The notes beneath the pieces are model-generated. The model was not told the origin of the DNA. It saw only the letters and a list, made by a program, of their open reading frames with translations, and made no database searches. The position numbers and the translations under genes were made by a program. This document shows, piece after piece, positions 18,060 to 27,198 of a stretch of DNA of 64,000 nucleotides (position 1 is its first letter; every line of letters starts with the position of its first letter). The stretch comes from an uncultured delta proteobacterium (lineage in GTDB: Bacteria; Myxococcota; Myxococcia; SLRQ01): assembly GCA_963727485.1 (NCBI GenBank), contig CAVSGM010000002.1:160001-224000 (forward strand), in the 5' to 3' direction.

Positions 18060-18683
18060 CTACCGCGAGAGGAGGGCCCCGAGCACCAGGCCGCTGACCA
18101 GGCCCCCGGCGTGGCCCAGGAGGCTCACCCGGGGGGTGACCAGGTCGAAGCCCACCTCGCTGACCACGATGGCCAAGAGGAGCCACAGCTCCCAGGCCGG
18201 CGCCCGGCGCCGGTCACGCCACCAGGCGAGGGCCAGGACCGAGAGGGTCGCGCCCACCACGCCCATCACCGACGCCGAGGCCCCGACGACAATCTCGGGC
18301 CCCAAGCCGAAGAGGGTGGTGGCCAGGAGGAGGAGGGCCATGGCCGCGGGCCCGCTCACCAGGTAGCAGACCAGCAGCCGCCCGTGGCCCAGGCGCCGCT
18401 CGAGGTCGGCACCGAAGACCGCCAGGGCGAAGGCGTTGAGGCCCAGGTGGACCACGCCGTCGTGGAGGAAGCCGGCGGTGAGCAGCCGCCACCACTGGTG
18501 GCCGAGCCACGGGGCCGGGGCGATCATGGCCCCCAGCCCCAGGAGGTTGGCGGCGCTGGTGGTGCCGCCGGGGATCTCCAGGAGGAAGACCAGGACGTTC
18601 AGGGCGATGAGCCCATAGGTGGCCACCGGCCTCGGCGGACGCGCCGGGAGGGCGACGGTGAGCTCGGCGGCGGGGGGCGGCAC
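18060..18683 (-). CDS. Rhomboid intramembrane serine protease
   Basis: WWRLLTAGFLH..VHLGLN, LERRLG, VGASA (catalytic Ser) and GHAGG (catalytic His). The GTG start is inferred. Confidence 0.88.
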   Translation of the reverse strand: MPPPAAELTVALPARPPRPVATYGLIALNVLVFLLEIPGGTTSAANLLGLGAMIAPAPWLGHQWWRLLTAGFLHDGVVHLGLNAFALAVFGADLERRLGHGRLLVCYLVSGPAAMALLLLATTLFGLGPEIVVGASASVMGVVGATLSVLALAWWRDRRRAPAWELWLLLAIVVSEVGFDLVTPRVSLLGHAGGLVSGLVLGALLSR

Positions 18684-18688
18684 CGGTC

Positions 18689-20269
18689 CTAGGCCCCCGC
18701 CTCGAAGACCGTGCGCCCGGCGACCACCGTCCGCAGGGTGCGTACCCGGCAGAGGTCCCCGGGGGCCACCGCGAAGGGGTCGGCGTCGACCACCGTGAGG
18801 TCGGCGAGGCGCCCGGGGGCGAGGACGCCCAGCCGGCCCTCGTCGTGGGCGGCGAAGGCGGCGCCGGCGGTATAGCCGCGGATCGCCTCGGCGACGGTGA
18901 GCCGCTCGCCGGGGCGGAAGCCCCCCGGGGGCTCGCCGCGGGCGTCCTGCCGGGTCACCGCCGCGTGGATCCCGGTCCAGGGGTCCTCGGACTCCACCGG
19001 GGCGTCGGACCCCAGGGCCAGGGGGACGCCGGCGTCGAGCACCGTCTTCCAGGCGTAGGCGCCGGCGAGGCGGTCGGGGCCGAGCGCCGCCTCCACCCAG
19101 CCCATGTCGCTCGTGCAGTGGGTGGGCTGCAGGCTCGCGACCGCGCCCAGGGCCTTCATCCGCGCCGGGGCGTCGGGCCCGAGGATCTGCGCATGCTCCA
19201 CCCGGTGCCGCCGGGCGCCCCCATCGCCGGCGGCGGCGATGGCATCGAGGACCACCCGGTTGCCCCGGTCGCCGATGGCGTGGAGGGCGAGCTGCCACCC
19301 CGCATCGCTCACCCGCCGGGTGAAGGCGGCGAGGGCCCCGGGCTCGACCAGGAGCAGGCCCCGGTGCCCGGGCCGGTCGGCGTAGTCGGCCTCGAGGGCG
19401 GCCCCCCGGGAGCCCAGGGCCCCGTCGGCGTAGACCTTCACCCCGGCGACCCGGAGGAGCCCCTCGGCCGGCGCGGGGGGGCGGGAGAGCACCTCGTCGA
19501 CCAGGTCGGTGTCGCGGCCGTCGACGTAGCAGGTCACCCGGAGGTCGAGCGTCCCCTCGGCCTCGAGGGCCCGCAGGGCCTCGAGCTCGGCGCGGTCGAC
19601 CGCCATGGCGTGGACCCCGGTGAGCCCCGAGCCCAGGCAGGCGCCAATCCCACAGAGGACGTCGGTGCGGACCTCCTTGGCGGTCGGGGCCGGGAGCCTG
19701 GACTCGGCCAGGGCGATGGCGTTGTCCACCAGGATCCCCGTGGGGCGCCCGTCTCCGTCGCGGACCAGCTCGCCCCCGGGCGGGTCCGGGGTGCGGGCGT
19801 CGATGCCGGCGAGGTCCAGGGCCCGGGCGTTGGCCCACACCGCGTGGCCGTCGACGCGCACCAGCCACACCGGGTGGTCCAGGTCGTCGAGGCCCCCCGC
19901 CGGCCAGGCCCCGCCCGGCCAGCGGTGGTGGTCCCAGCCCCGGCCCCGGATCCAGGCGCCCGGGGCGGAGCCCGCGGCCGCGGCCCGGACCCGGGCGACG
20001 ACGTCGTCGGCGGAGCCGGCGTCCTTGAGATCGAGCTCCCGCCCGGCGAGGCCGACTCCGCGGAGGTGGAGGTGGGCGTCCACCAGGCCCGGGAGGACGG
20101 TGGCGCCGCCGAGGTGCACCCGCCGCCCCGGGAGGGCCGGGTCGTCGGCGTCGAGGACGTGGGTCACCCGGCCGGAGGCCACCCGCAGGGCCCCGGCGTG
20201 GGGGTGGGCGGGGTCGCCGGTCCACACACGGGCGTCGGCGTAGACGATGGCGTCGGGCTCGGCGGGCAT
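18689..20269 (-). CDS. Amidohydrolase 3 family (YtcJ-like) metal-dependent hydrolase
   Basis: PGLVDAHLH, RVDGHAVWAN, KVYADGALGSR, HAIGDR, RVEHAQ, GSDAPV and G.LADL motifs. Confidence 0.9.
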   Translation of the reverse strand: MPAEPDAIVYADARVWTGDPAHPHAGALRVASGRVTHVLDADDPALPGRRVHLGGATVLPGLVDAHLHLRGVGLAGRELDLKDAGSADDVVARVRAAAAGSAPGAWIRGRGWDHHRWPGGAWPAGGLDDLDHPVWLVRVDGHAVWANARALDLAGIDARTPDPPGGELVRDGDGRPTGILVDNAIALAESRLPAPTAKEVRTDVLCGIGACLGSGLTGVHAMAVDRAELEALRALEAEGTLDLRVTCYVDGRDTDLVDEVLSRPPAPAEGLLRVAGVKVYADGALGSRGAALEADYADRPGHRGLLLVEPGALAAFTRRVSDAGWQLALHAIGDRGNRVVLDAIAAAGDGGARRHRVEHAQILGPDAPARMKALGAVASLQPTHCTSDMGWVEAALGPDRLAGAYAWKTVLDAGVPLALGSDAPVESEDPWTGIHAAVTRQDARGEPPGGFRPGERLTVAEAIRGYTAGAAFAAHDEGRLGVLAPGRLADLTVVDADPFAVAPGDLCRVRTLRTVVAGRTVFEAGA

Positions 20270-20285
20270 GGGCGGAGCGCCCGTT

Positions 20286-21332
20286 CTACCACGAGCGCAG
20301 CGCCGGGCGGTGGCCGTCGCCGCCGCCCTCCTCGTCATCGACGGCCGCGACCCGGTTCCGGCCGCTCCCCTTGGCCCGGTAGAGGGCCCGGTCCGCCGCC
20401 TCGATGAGGCCTTCCTTGGTGCTGGCGTCCTCGGGGTAGGCGGCGACACCGATGCTCATCGTCACCCGGCCCCCGGGCATCACCTCCTCGTGCCCGAAGG
20501 GGTGGCGCTCAATCCGCTGGCGCAGGCGCTCGGCCACCGCCAGGGCTCCGGCGCGGTCGGTGTCGGGGAGCGCGACCACGAACTCCTCGCCCCCGTACCG
20601 CGCCGCCACGTCGGAGGCCCGCGCCCGGTCTTCGTCCTGGACCAGGAGCTTGCCCAGGGTCCGGAGGACCTCGTCGCCGGCGAGGTGACCCAGGGTGTCG
20701 TTGTAGTGCTTGAAGTGATCGACATCGAGGAAGAGCAGCCCCACCGGGGTGTCGCTCCGGTCGGCCTTGGCAATCATCTTGCCCAGGGCCTCCTGGAGGA
20801 AGCGGTGGTTGTAGAGGCCGGTGAGCCCGTCGTGGACCGCGAGCTCGGAGAGGGCGGTGAGGGCCTGCTGCAGCTCCTCGGTGCGCACCTTCACCATCTC
20901 CTCGAGGCGATCGTTGCCCCGGCGCAGCTCGTCGACCAGCCGCTCGTTCTCGTGCTGGAGCTCCGCCTCGCGCATCGCCCCGGCGATGGCGTCCTCGAGA
21001 TCGAGGAGGCGCAGGGGCTTGACCAGGAACCGGTGCACCCGGGCGAGGTTCACCGCGTCCCGGGCGTCCTCGACCCGGTCGGAGGCGGTGACCAGGATCC
21101 GCGCCGCCTGGGGCTGGAGCTTGTGCGCCGCCGCCAGCACCTCGACCCCCGAGCGCTCGGGCATCAGGTGATCGCAGAGCACCGCATCCACCGGCCCGCG
21201 CTCGAGCATCGACACCGCCTCGTCGCCGCCGGCGGCGGTCAGGACCTCGAAGCGCGGCGCCAGGGTCCGGGCGATGATGCGCCGGATCTCGGGGTCGTCG
21301 TCTGCTACCAGGATCCTGCGGGCTGCGCCCAT
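20286..21332 (-). CDS. Response-regulator diguanylate cyclase (REC - coiled coil - GGDEF)
   Basis: ILVADDD receiver with CDHLMP, DGLTGLYN, DVDHFKHYNDTLGH, RASD I-site and RYGGEEF active site. Confidence 0.93.
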   Translation of the reverse strand: MGAARRILVADDDPEIRRIIARTLAPRFEVLTAAGGDEAVSMLERGPVDAVLCDHLMPERSGVEVLAAAHKLQPQAARILVTASDRVEDARDAVNLARVHRFLVKPLRLLDLEDAIAGAMREAELQHENERLVDELRRGNDRLEEMVKVRTEELQQALTALSELAVHDGLTGLYNHRFLQEALGKMIAKADRSDTPVGLLFLDVDHFKHYNDTLGHLAGDEVLRTLGKLLVQDEDRARASDVAARYGGEEFVVALPDTDRAGALAVAERLRQRIERHPFGHEEVMPGGRVTMSIGVAAYPEDASTKEGLIEAADRALYRAKGSGRNRVAAVDDEEGGGDGHRPALRSW

Positions 21333-21478
21333 GCGTACCTCCCCCCCATCACGTAAACGCTAGGCCGAGGAGCCGCGTGGCGCCAGCCCGGGAGTGCCCC
21401 CGGAGGGGCCTATCCCGGATCGATGTGGGCCCGGGTGGGGAGGGGTGGGAGCGGCCCTCCAGGGGCGCTCCGCGTGGG

Positions 21479-22138
21479 TCAGAGGTCCACGAGGCCGAGC
21501 TTGAGGGCGGCGACCACCGCCTCCACGTGGCTCGCCACCTCGAGCTTCTCGTAGATGTGGGTGAGGTGGGTGCGCACGGTGCGGCGCTCGATGGACATCA
21601 CCCGGCCCACCTCGGCGTTGGAGAGGCCCTTGGCGATGAACTGCAGCACCTCGAGCTCCACCTCGGTGAGGCCGCGGGTGTCGCGCTCCGGGGGGGTGGC
21701 GCGGACGCTGTCGAAGTAGTTCCAGAAGCGCCGGGCGATCCGCGACTCGATGACCACCCCGCCTCCGTGGACCTCGGCGATGGCCTCGGCGACCTGCTCC
21801 GGGGCCATGCGCTTGACCAGGTAGCCCGAGGCGCCGTCCTTCACCGCCTCGTAGACCTTGGCCTCGTCGTCGAAGGTGGTGAGGATCAGCACCTGCACCT
21901 CCGGGTGCCTCGGCTTCACCGCCCGGAGGACCCCGAGGCCGTCCATCCCCGGGAGCTCGAGGTCGAGGAGGAGGACCTCCGGCGGGTCGGCCTCGACGGC
22001 CTCCACCGCGTCCTCGCCGGTCATGGCGGTGCCCACCACGGTGAGCTCGTCCCGGGTCGCCAGGAACTTGAGGAGCGCCTTGAGGATCGGCGGCTGATCC
22101 TCGACCACGAAGACCCGGATGGGGGATCCCGCTGGCAT
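21479..22138 (-). CDS. NarL/LuxR-family response regulator
   Basis: VVEDQ, LLDLELP, LTTFDD, GASGYLVK and a C-terminal LuxR HTH (GLSNAEVG...RTVRTHLTHIYEKL). Confidence 0.92.
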   Translation of the reverse strand: MPAGSPIRVFVVEDQPPILKALLKFLATRDELTVVGTAMTGEDAVEAVEADPPEVLLLDLELPGMDGLGVLRAVKPRHPEVQVLILTTFDDEAKVYEAVKDGASGYLVKRMAPEQVAEAIAEVHGGGVVIESRIARRFWNYFDSVRATPPERDTRGLTEVELEVLQFIAKGLSNAEVGRVMSIERRTVRTHLTHIYEKLEVASHVEAVVAALKLGLVDL

Positions 22139-22148
22139 GGTCGCCTCT

Positions 22149-24095
22149 CTAGAGCCGGAGGTGGAGCCGGGTCAGGCGCCCGGGGCGCACGTGGATGCGC
22201 AGGCGCCGGTGGTGGTGGCGGAGGGGGTCGACGAGGAGGAGCTCGTGGTGGCCCGCGGGGACCCGGTAGTCCCGCAGCGGGGTGTGGCGGTGGGTGTCGT
22301 GGCCGTCGAGGTACACCCGGGCCCGGTGGCTGGCGTAGACGGTGAGCAGACCGTGGCGGACCCGGACGTGCCGGCGCGTGTGGTGCCGGGGGGCGGGCGC
22401 CGGGGCCTCGGTGGGGGCCCGGGGCGGAGCCTCCCGGGGCGGGGGCGCCTTGGGCCCGGGCGAGGCGGGGGGCGCCGGGGCGTCGGCGACGGCGGCGGTG
22501 GGCGAGGGCGGGGCCTCGGCGGGGGCGGGGTGCCGGCCGAAGGCCAGGGCGGCGCCGCCGAGGACCACCACGGCCACCGCGGCGGCGCCGAGGTAGAGGC
22601 CGCGGCGGGAGCGCTTGCCCACCGCCGCGAGCCGGTAGGCGGTGTTGCCCACCGTCCTGCCGCCGCCGAGGGGGTCGCCGAGGTCGTCGGTCTCGTCGCC
22701 GGGGAGGGGCGCGCCGAGGTCGTCGGTGTCGTGGAGGACCGCGACCTCCCGGGTGTCGTTGCGGAACCAGCCGTCGGCGGTGGGGTCGCCGAGGGCCGCG
22801 TGGCGGGCCGCGGGGACGGTGTCGCCGGTGGCGCCCGCCGGGCTCGGCGGCGGCACCGGGCCGCTGTCCAGGGCCCCGGCTGACCGCGAGACCGCCGCCT
22901 CGACCGGGGGCGCGGCCTCGGGGAAGCCCAGGTCCGGGCCGCGGCCGGGCAGGGTGAGGCTCCCTGAGTCGGTGCCCACGCCGGGGCCGGCGAGGGCCGT
23001 GGCCTTCACCGTGGCCTCGCCGGGAGGGGGCGCGGCCACCGGGGCCGCGGGGACCGGCGCCGGCGCGGGGGTTGGCGCGGGTGCCGCGGGCGCCTCGGCC
23101 GCCAGATCGTAGCGCCGGGGGCCGGCCTCCCCGGCGACGGGGAGCGGCGTCACGGTGAACCCCGCCGGCAGCGGCGCCAGGGGATCGCCGACCTCGCCGG
23201 GATCGAAGCTGAAGCGCACCACCTCGTTGGGCATCACCGTGGCGGCGAGCTCGGCGAGGTCGTCGCGGCTCACCGGGTGGCCCATGCCCTCGAGCCAGGC
23301 CCGCAGCCCGTCCCGGGCGACGCCGGCGTCCTTGTAGCGCCGGGTCCGGGCGGTCTCCAGGGCCTTGCCCACCACCGGGTCGAACTTCATGGGGATGCGC
23401 CGGTCCACCCGGCTCGGGGAGGGGAGGGCGTCGGCCCGGGTGGAGGTGCCCCGCCCGGCGCCCTCGAGGCTCTTGCCGGTGGCCAGCTCGTAGAGGAGGG
23501 CGCCGAGGGCGTAGACGTCGGTGAGGACGTCGGCGGACCCGCTCCGGGCCAGCTCCGGGGCCCGGTAGGGCTTGCGGCCCCGGAGGGCGAGGTGGCGGCT
23601 GGCCTTGGAGACCTCGAGGGCCGGGTGGACGTTGGCGCAGGCCACGCGGACCACGCCGTCGAAGCAGACGAAGACGTTGGTGGGGACCAGGCTCCCGTGG
23701 GCGACCCCCGCGGCGTGGAGGGCGGCGAGGGCGTCGGCGGCGTCGGCGAGGACCTCCACCGACCGCCCCAGGGAGATGGCGATCTCCCGGGCCCGCTGCC
23801 GGGAGAAGACGGTGCCCAGATCGTACCCGTCGGCGTAGGGGGCGGTGACGACCACCCGGTCGCCGGCGCGGCCGACCTCCCAGGGGAGCAGGAGGCCCGG
23901 GTGGGAGACGGTCCGGAGGGCGCGGACGCGCTCACCGAGGGCCGCCACCACCGCGGCCTCGGCGACGTGGGGCGCCAGGAGGGCGATGAAGGCGGGGACC
24001 GGACCCTCCGGCCCGCTGGCGACGCCGCGCCACGACTCCCCGTAGTCGGTGTCGGCAAGCCGAGCGACGAGCCGGTATTCGCGCGCGGCGGACAT
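22149..24095 (-). CDS. Membrane Ser/Thr kinase-like protein (probable pseudokinase) with C-terminal PEGA domain
   Basis: Kinase fold (YRAPE, DVYALGALLYELATG, RRY) but HGSLVPTN replaces HRDxKPxN and no DFG or VAIK is evident. Followed by a Pro-rich linker, TM helix and PEGA-like VYLDG...TPL...VPAGHHEL. Confidence 0.8.
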   Translation of the reverse strand: MSAAREYRLVARLADTDYGESWRGVASGPEGPVPAFIALLAPHVAEAAVVAALGERVRALRTVSHPGLLLPWEVGRAGDRVVVTAPYADGYDLGTVFSRQRAREIAISLGRSVEVLADAADALAALHAAGVAHGSLVPTNVFVCFDGVVRVACANVHPALEVSKASRHLALRGRKPYRAPELARSGSADVLTDVYALGALLYELATGKSLEGAGRGTSTRADALPSPSRVDRRIPMKFDPVVGKALETARTRRYKDAGVARDGLRAWLEGMGHPVSRDDLAELAATVMPNEVVRFSFDPGEVGDPLAPLPAGFTVTPLPVAGEAGPRRYDLAAEAPAAPAPTPAPAPVPAAPVAAPPPGEATVKATALAGPGVGTDSGSLTLPGRGPDLGFPEAAPPVEAAVSRSAGALDSGPVPPPSPAGATGDTVPAARHAALGDPTADGWFRNDTREVAVLHDTDDLGAPLPGDETDDLGDPLGGGRTVGNTAYRLAAVGKRSRRGLYLGAAAVAVVVLGGAALAFGRHPAPAEAPPSPTAAVADAPAPPASPGPKAPPPREAPPRAPTEAPAPAPRHHTRRHVRVRHGLLTVYASHRARVYLDGHDTHRHTPLRDYRVPAGHHELLLVDPLRHHHRRLRIHVRPGRLTRLHLRL

Positions 24096-24147
24096 GAGCG
24101 GATCGACGATAGCAGGGCGCGGGGTGCGCCTCAATCGACCCGCGGCC

Positions 24148-24405
24148 CTACTTGCGCCGACGCCTCGGGCGGGCCGCGGCGAAGACGAAGCCGCACCACA
24201 CGCAGCGCCTGACCGAGGGGTCGTCCACCGGGAGGTTGCAGCCGGGGCACCGGGGCGCCTCGGGCTCGGGGGCGGGCTTGGGCGCCGCGGGGCCGGCGGC
24301 GCCGGTGGCCTCCTCCAGGTGGTCGACGCGGGTGGTGAGGTCGTCGACCCGGGTCTCCAGGTGATCGATCCGTGCGGGAAGCTGGGATCCGGGGCGGCTC
24401 GCCAT
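24148..24405 (-). CDS. Small coiled-coil + zinc-ribbon protein
   Basis: RIDHLETRVDDLTTRVDHLE heptads followed by CPGC...CVWC. Confidence 0.65.
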   Translation of the reverse strand: MASRPGSQLPARIDHLETRVDDLTTRVDHLEEATGAAGPAAPKPAPEPEAPRCPGCNLPVDDPSVRRCVWCGFVFAAARPRRRRK

Positions 24406-24504
24406 CGGCCCCCAGGGTTCCACAAGGCGGGGGTGGTCGCCAGAAAAGCGCCCGGGGCCTTTGCTTGCTCCCCGGCGCGCCTCGCGGGATCCTCCTCCAG
24501 ACCC

Positions 24505-26199
24505 ATGGACGACGACCACCCGCACCCGGACGCCCCCAGCCGCCCCGGCGACCGCCCCTCCGAAGGCGGCGGTCCGGCCATCGACGCCGGGGCCGAGCAC
24601 CGCCCGGCGGTGGAACCCTCCATGGAGGCCCCCGGCGCGAACGGCCGGGCCCCCGGCATCCCGGCCACCCGGCGGGTCCCGGTCATCGACGCCCGGGTCC
24701 GCCCCGAGGCGGTGGGCGAGCCCCTCCTGGTCGACCCGGAGGTCCACCGGCTGCTCCGCCGTCGCCACGACCGCCACGTGGAGCACGCCCGGGAGGTCTT
24801 CGTGAACCGGAACCTCCGCATGGACCGCATCGAGGCCGTGGGCTTCGACATGGACTACACCCTGGCGGTCTACCACCTGCGCAACCTCGAGACCCTCTCC
24901 TTCGAGATGACCCTGGAGGTGATGATCGAGGAGAAGGGCTACCCGGCACGCTACCGCCACCTGCGCTACGACCCCGACTTCGTCATCCGGGGCCTGGTGG
25001 TCGACAAGCACCTGGGCAACATCCTCAAGATGGACCGCCACGGGCACGTGGGCCGGGTCTTCCACGGGAAGCGGCGCCTCGGGAAGGAGGACCGCATCCA
25101 CCACTACCGGACCCAGAAGATCCACTTCGGCACCGAGCGCTACGTGTGGGTCGACACCCTCTTCGCCCTGCCCGAGGCGGACCTCTACGCCCAGATCATC
25201 GACGACCACGAGGGGCGGGGCGAGCGGGTCGACTACCACCAGCTCTACGACGACATCCGCGCCTCCATCGACCAGGTCCACCGGGACGGGAGCCTCAAGG
25301 CCATCCTCCGCGAGGACTTCCCGAAGTACATCCGCCGCGACCCGGAGATCGCCCCGGCCCTCCACAAGCTGCGCTCGAGCGGCAAGCGCCTCTTCCTCCT
25401 GACCAACAGCTACTGGGACTACACGGACGCGGTGATGGGCTACCTCCTCGACGGGGTGCTCCCCGAGTACCCCCACTGGCGCAGCTACTTCGACCTGGTG
25501 GTGGTCGGGGCCCAGAAGCCCGGGTTCTTCAGCGACGGGCGGCCGTTCCTCCCCGTGGACCCGGAGACCGGCGTGGTCTCGGAGGCCGGGGTCCCGGTGG
25601 TGAGCCGGGGCGGGGTGTTCCAGGGGGGCAACTTCGCGGGCCTCGAGTCCGGGAGCGGGTGGTCGGGCGACCGGGTCCTCTACGTCGGCGACCACATCTA
25701 CGGCGACATCCTCCGCACCAAGCGCTCGGGGCTGTGGCGCACCGCCATGGTCCTCCAGGAGCTCGAGGACGAGATCCGCTACGTGGAGCGCCGCTACCGC
25801 GACTGGCAGCGCCTCGACCGCCTCGAGGCTCTGCGCTTCCGCCTCGACGACGAGATCACCCTGCAGAAGGGGACGGTGGCGCACCTGGAGCGGCACCGCG
25901 CGGGCGCCGAGGCCGACTACCTCGCTGCCAAGGCCGACCTCGAGCGCCTGCGCCGGGCCCTGCGGGGCGTCCTGGATCGGGTGGAGGCCCTGGCCGAGGA
26001 CCTCGACAGCGGCGCCAATCCCTACTGGGGCCTGGTGCTCAAGGAGGGCGGGGAGAAGAGCCGCTTCGGCGACCAGGTCGAGGACTACGCCTGCATCTAC
26101 ACCAGCCGCGTGTCCAACCTGCTCTACTACAGCCCCACCCAGTACTTCCGCTCACGGCGGGACCGGATGCCCCACGAGGAGGGCCTCGCCGGGCGCTAG
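24505..26199 (+). CDS. HAD-IG family cytosolic 5'-nucleotidase (cN-II-like)
   Basis: VFVNRNL, GFDMDYTL, LLTNS, KPGFF, YVGDHIYGDI and YACIYTSRVSN. The start codon is uncertain. Confidence 0.9.
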   Translation: MDDDHPHPDAPSRPGDRPSEGGGPAIDAGAEHRPAVEPSMEAPGANGRAPGIPATRRVPVIDARVRPEAVGEPLLVDPEVHRLLRRRHDRHVEHAREVFVNRNLRMDRIEAVGFDMDYTLAVYHLRNLETLSFEMTLEVMIEEKGYPARYRHLRYDPDFVIRGLVVDKHLGNILKMDRHGHVGRVFHGKRRLGKEDRIHHYRTQKIHFGTERYVWVDTLFALPEADLYAQIIDDHEGRGERVDYHQLYDDIRASIDQVHRDGSLKAILREDFPKYIRRDPEIAPALHKLRSSGKRLFLLTNSYWDYTDAVMGYLLDGVLPEYPHWRSYFDLVVVGAQKPGFFSDGRPFLPVDPETGVVSEAGVPVVSRGGVFQGGNFAGLESGSGWSGDRVLYVGDHIYGDILRTKRSGLWRTAMVLQELEDEIRYVERRYRDWQRLDRLEALRFRLDDEITLQKGTVAHLERHRAGAEADYLAAKADLERLRRALRGVLDRVEALAEDLDSGANPYWGLVLKEGGEKSRFGDQVEDYACIYTSRVSNLLYYSPTQYFRSRRDRMPHEEGLAGR

Positions 26200-26212
26200 G
26201 CGTGGCGACGGG

Positions 26213-26851
26213 CTACTTGCCCGCGTCGTCCGACGAGGCCTTGGTCCACTTGTCGACCTTGCCGTCGCCGTCGAGGTCCTGGCCGATGCGGTCGAGGTGG
26301 CCGTTCTCGTAGTACTCGTAGTAGTCGACCTTGCCGTCGCCGTTGGTGTCGCGCTCGACGCGCACCAGCTGCCCGTTCTCGTAGAACTTCCAGAGATCGG
26401 GCTTGCCGTCGAAGTTGAGGTCGGACTCCTTGCGGATGAGGTGGCCCTGCTCGTCGTAGAAGTTGGTCACGTCGACCCGGCCGTCGAAGTCGAGGTCGAA
26501 GGACTCCTTCCGCAGGTGCTCCTTGGCGTCGTAGTAGCGCCAGATGTCGATGCGCCCGTCGAAGTTGATGTCCATGTCCTTGCGGACGATGCGCTCGGTG
26601 CCCTTCTCGCCCTTGACGTAGTGGACGAAGACGTCGGGCTTGCCGTCGTGGTTGAGGTCGAAGGTCTTGACCTTGTCGCCGGCGTCCTTGGCGGGCTTGC
26701 CCCGGTCGCCGGGGCCGGTGTTGGCGGCGGCCTCGGCCTTGGCGGCGGCGTCGGGGCCCGCGCCGTCTGGCTTCTGGGGCCCGCCACAGCCAGTGGCCAG
26801 GGGCAGGAGGAGGGCGAGAACGAAACCCAGGGGCCGCGCGGTCCGGATCAT
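26213..26851 (-). CDS. Lipoprotein with six Dx[DN]xDG (Ca-binding-like) beta-hairpin repeats
   Basis: Lipobox ATGC; DLNHDG, DINFDG, DLDFDG, DLNFDG, DTNGDG and DLDGDG at mostly ~23-aa spacing. Confidence 0.8.
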   Translation of the reverse strand: MIRTARPLGFVLALLLPLATGCGGPQKPDGAGPDAAAKAEAAANTGPGDRGKPAKDAGDKVKTFDLNHDGKPDVFVHYVKGEKGTERIVRKDMDINFDGRIDIWRYYDAKEHLRKESFDLDFDGRVDVTNFYDEQGHLIRKESDLNFDGKPDLWKFYENGQLVRVERDTNGDGKVDYYEYYENGHLDRIGQDLDGDGKVDKWTKASSDDAGK

Positions 26852-26931
26852 CGTGAGGGAGTATCCGCCCGGCCCTTCGGGAGGGTCAAGGGCCGCCCGG
26901 GGCGCCCCCCCCCGAGGCGCCGGGGCCGGGG

Positions 26932-26959
26932 TTGACGTATACATATGGTCATGTAGCTT
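26932..26959 (+). promoter_or_regulatory. Sigma70 promoter of the RHH-epimerase operon with overlapping palindrome
   Basis: TTGACG-N16-TAGCTT, with TACAT-N6-ATGTA at 26940-26955. Confidence 0.55.
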
Positions 26960-26988
26960 CGCGCTCCTGCCTGCCCGGAGAGGCGACC

Positions 26989-27195
26989 ATGGCCCGGAAG
27001 AAGATCAGCACCACCGTCTACATCACCCCCGAGCAGAACGAGAAGCTCAAGCTGCTCAACGAGAAGACCAAGGTCCCGGTGGCGGAGTACATCCGCCAGG
27101 GCATCGACCTGGTCCTCGAGCGCCACAAGGACGCCCTCCCAGGTCAGCTCTCCTTCGAGGATCGTCTCCGGGTGCGCGAGGGCGAGGAGAGGTAA
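26989..27195 (+). CDS. Ribbon-helix-helix DNA-binding protein
   Basis: KISTTVYIT beta-strand followed by two helices (VPVAEYIRQGIDLVL); GGAGAGG RBS. Confidence 0.85.
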   Translation: MARKKISTTVYITPEQNEKLKLLNEKTKVPVAEYIRQGIDLVLERHKDALPGQLSFEDRLRVREGEER

Positions 27196-27198
27196 CCC

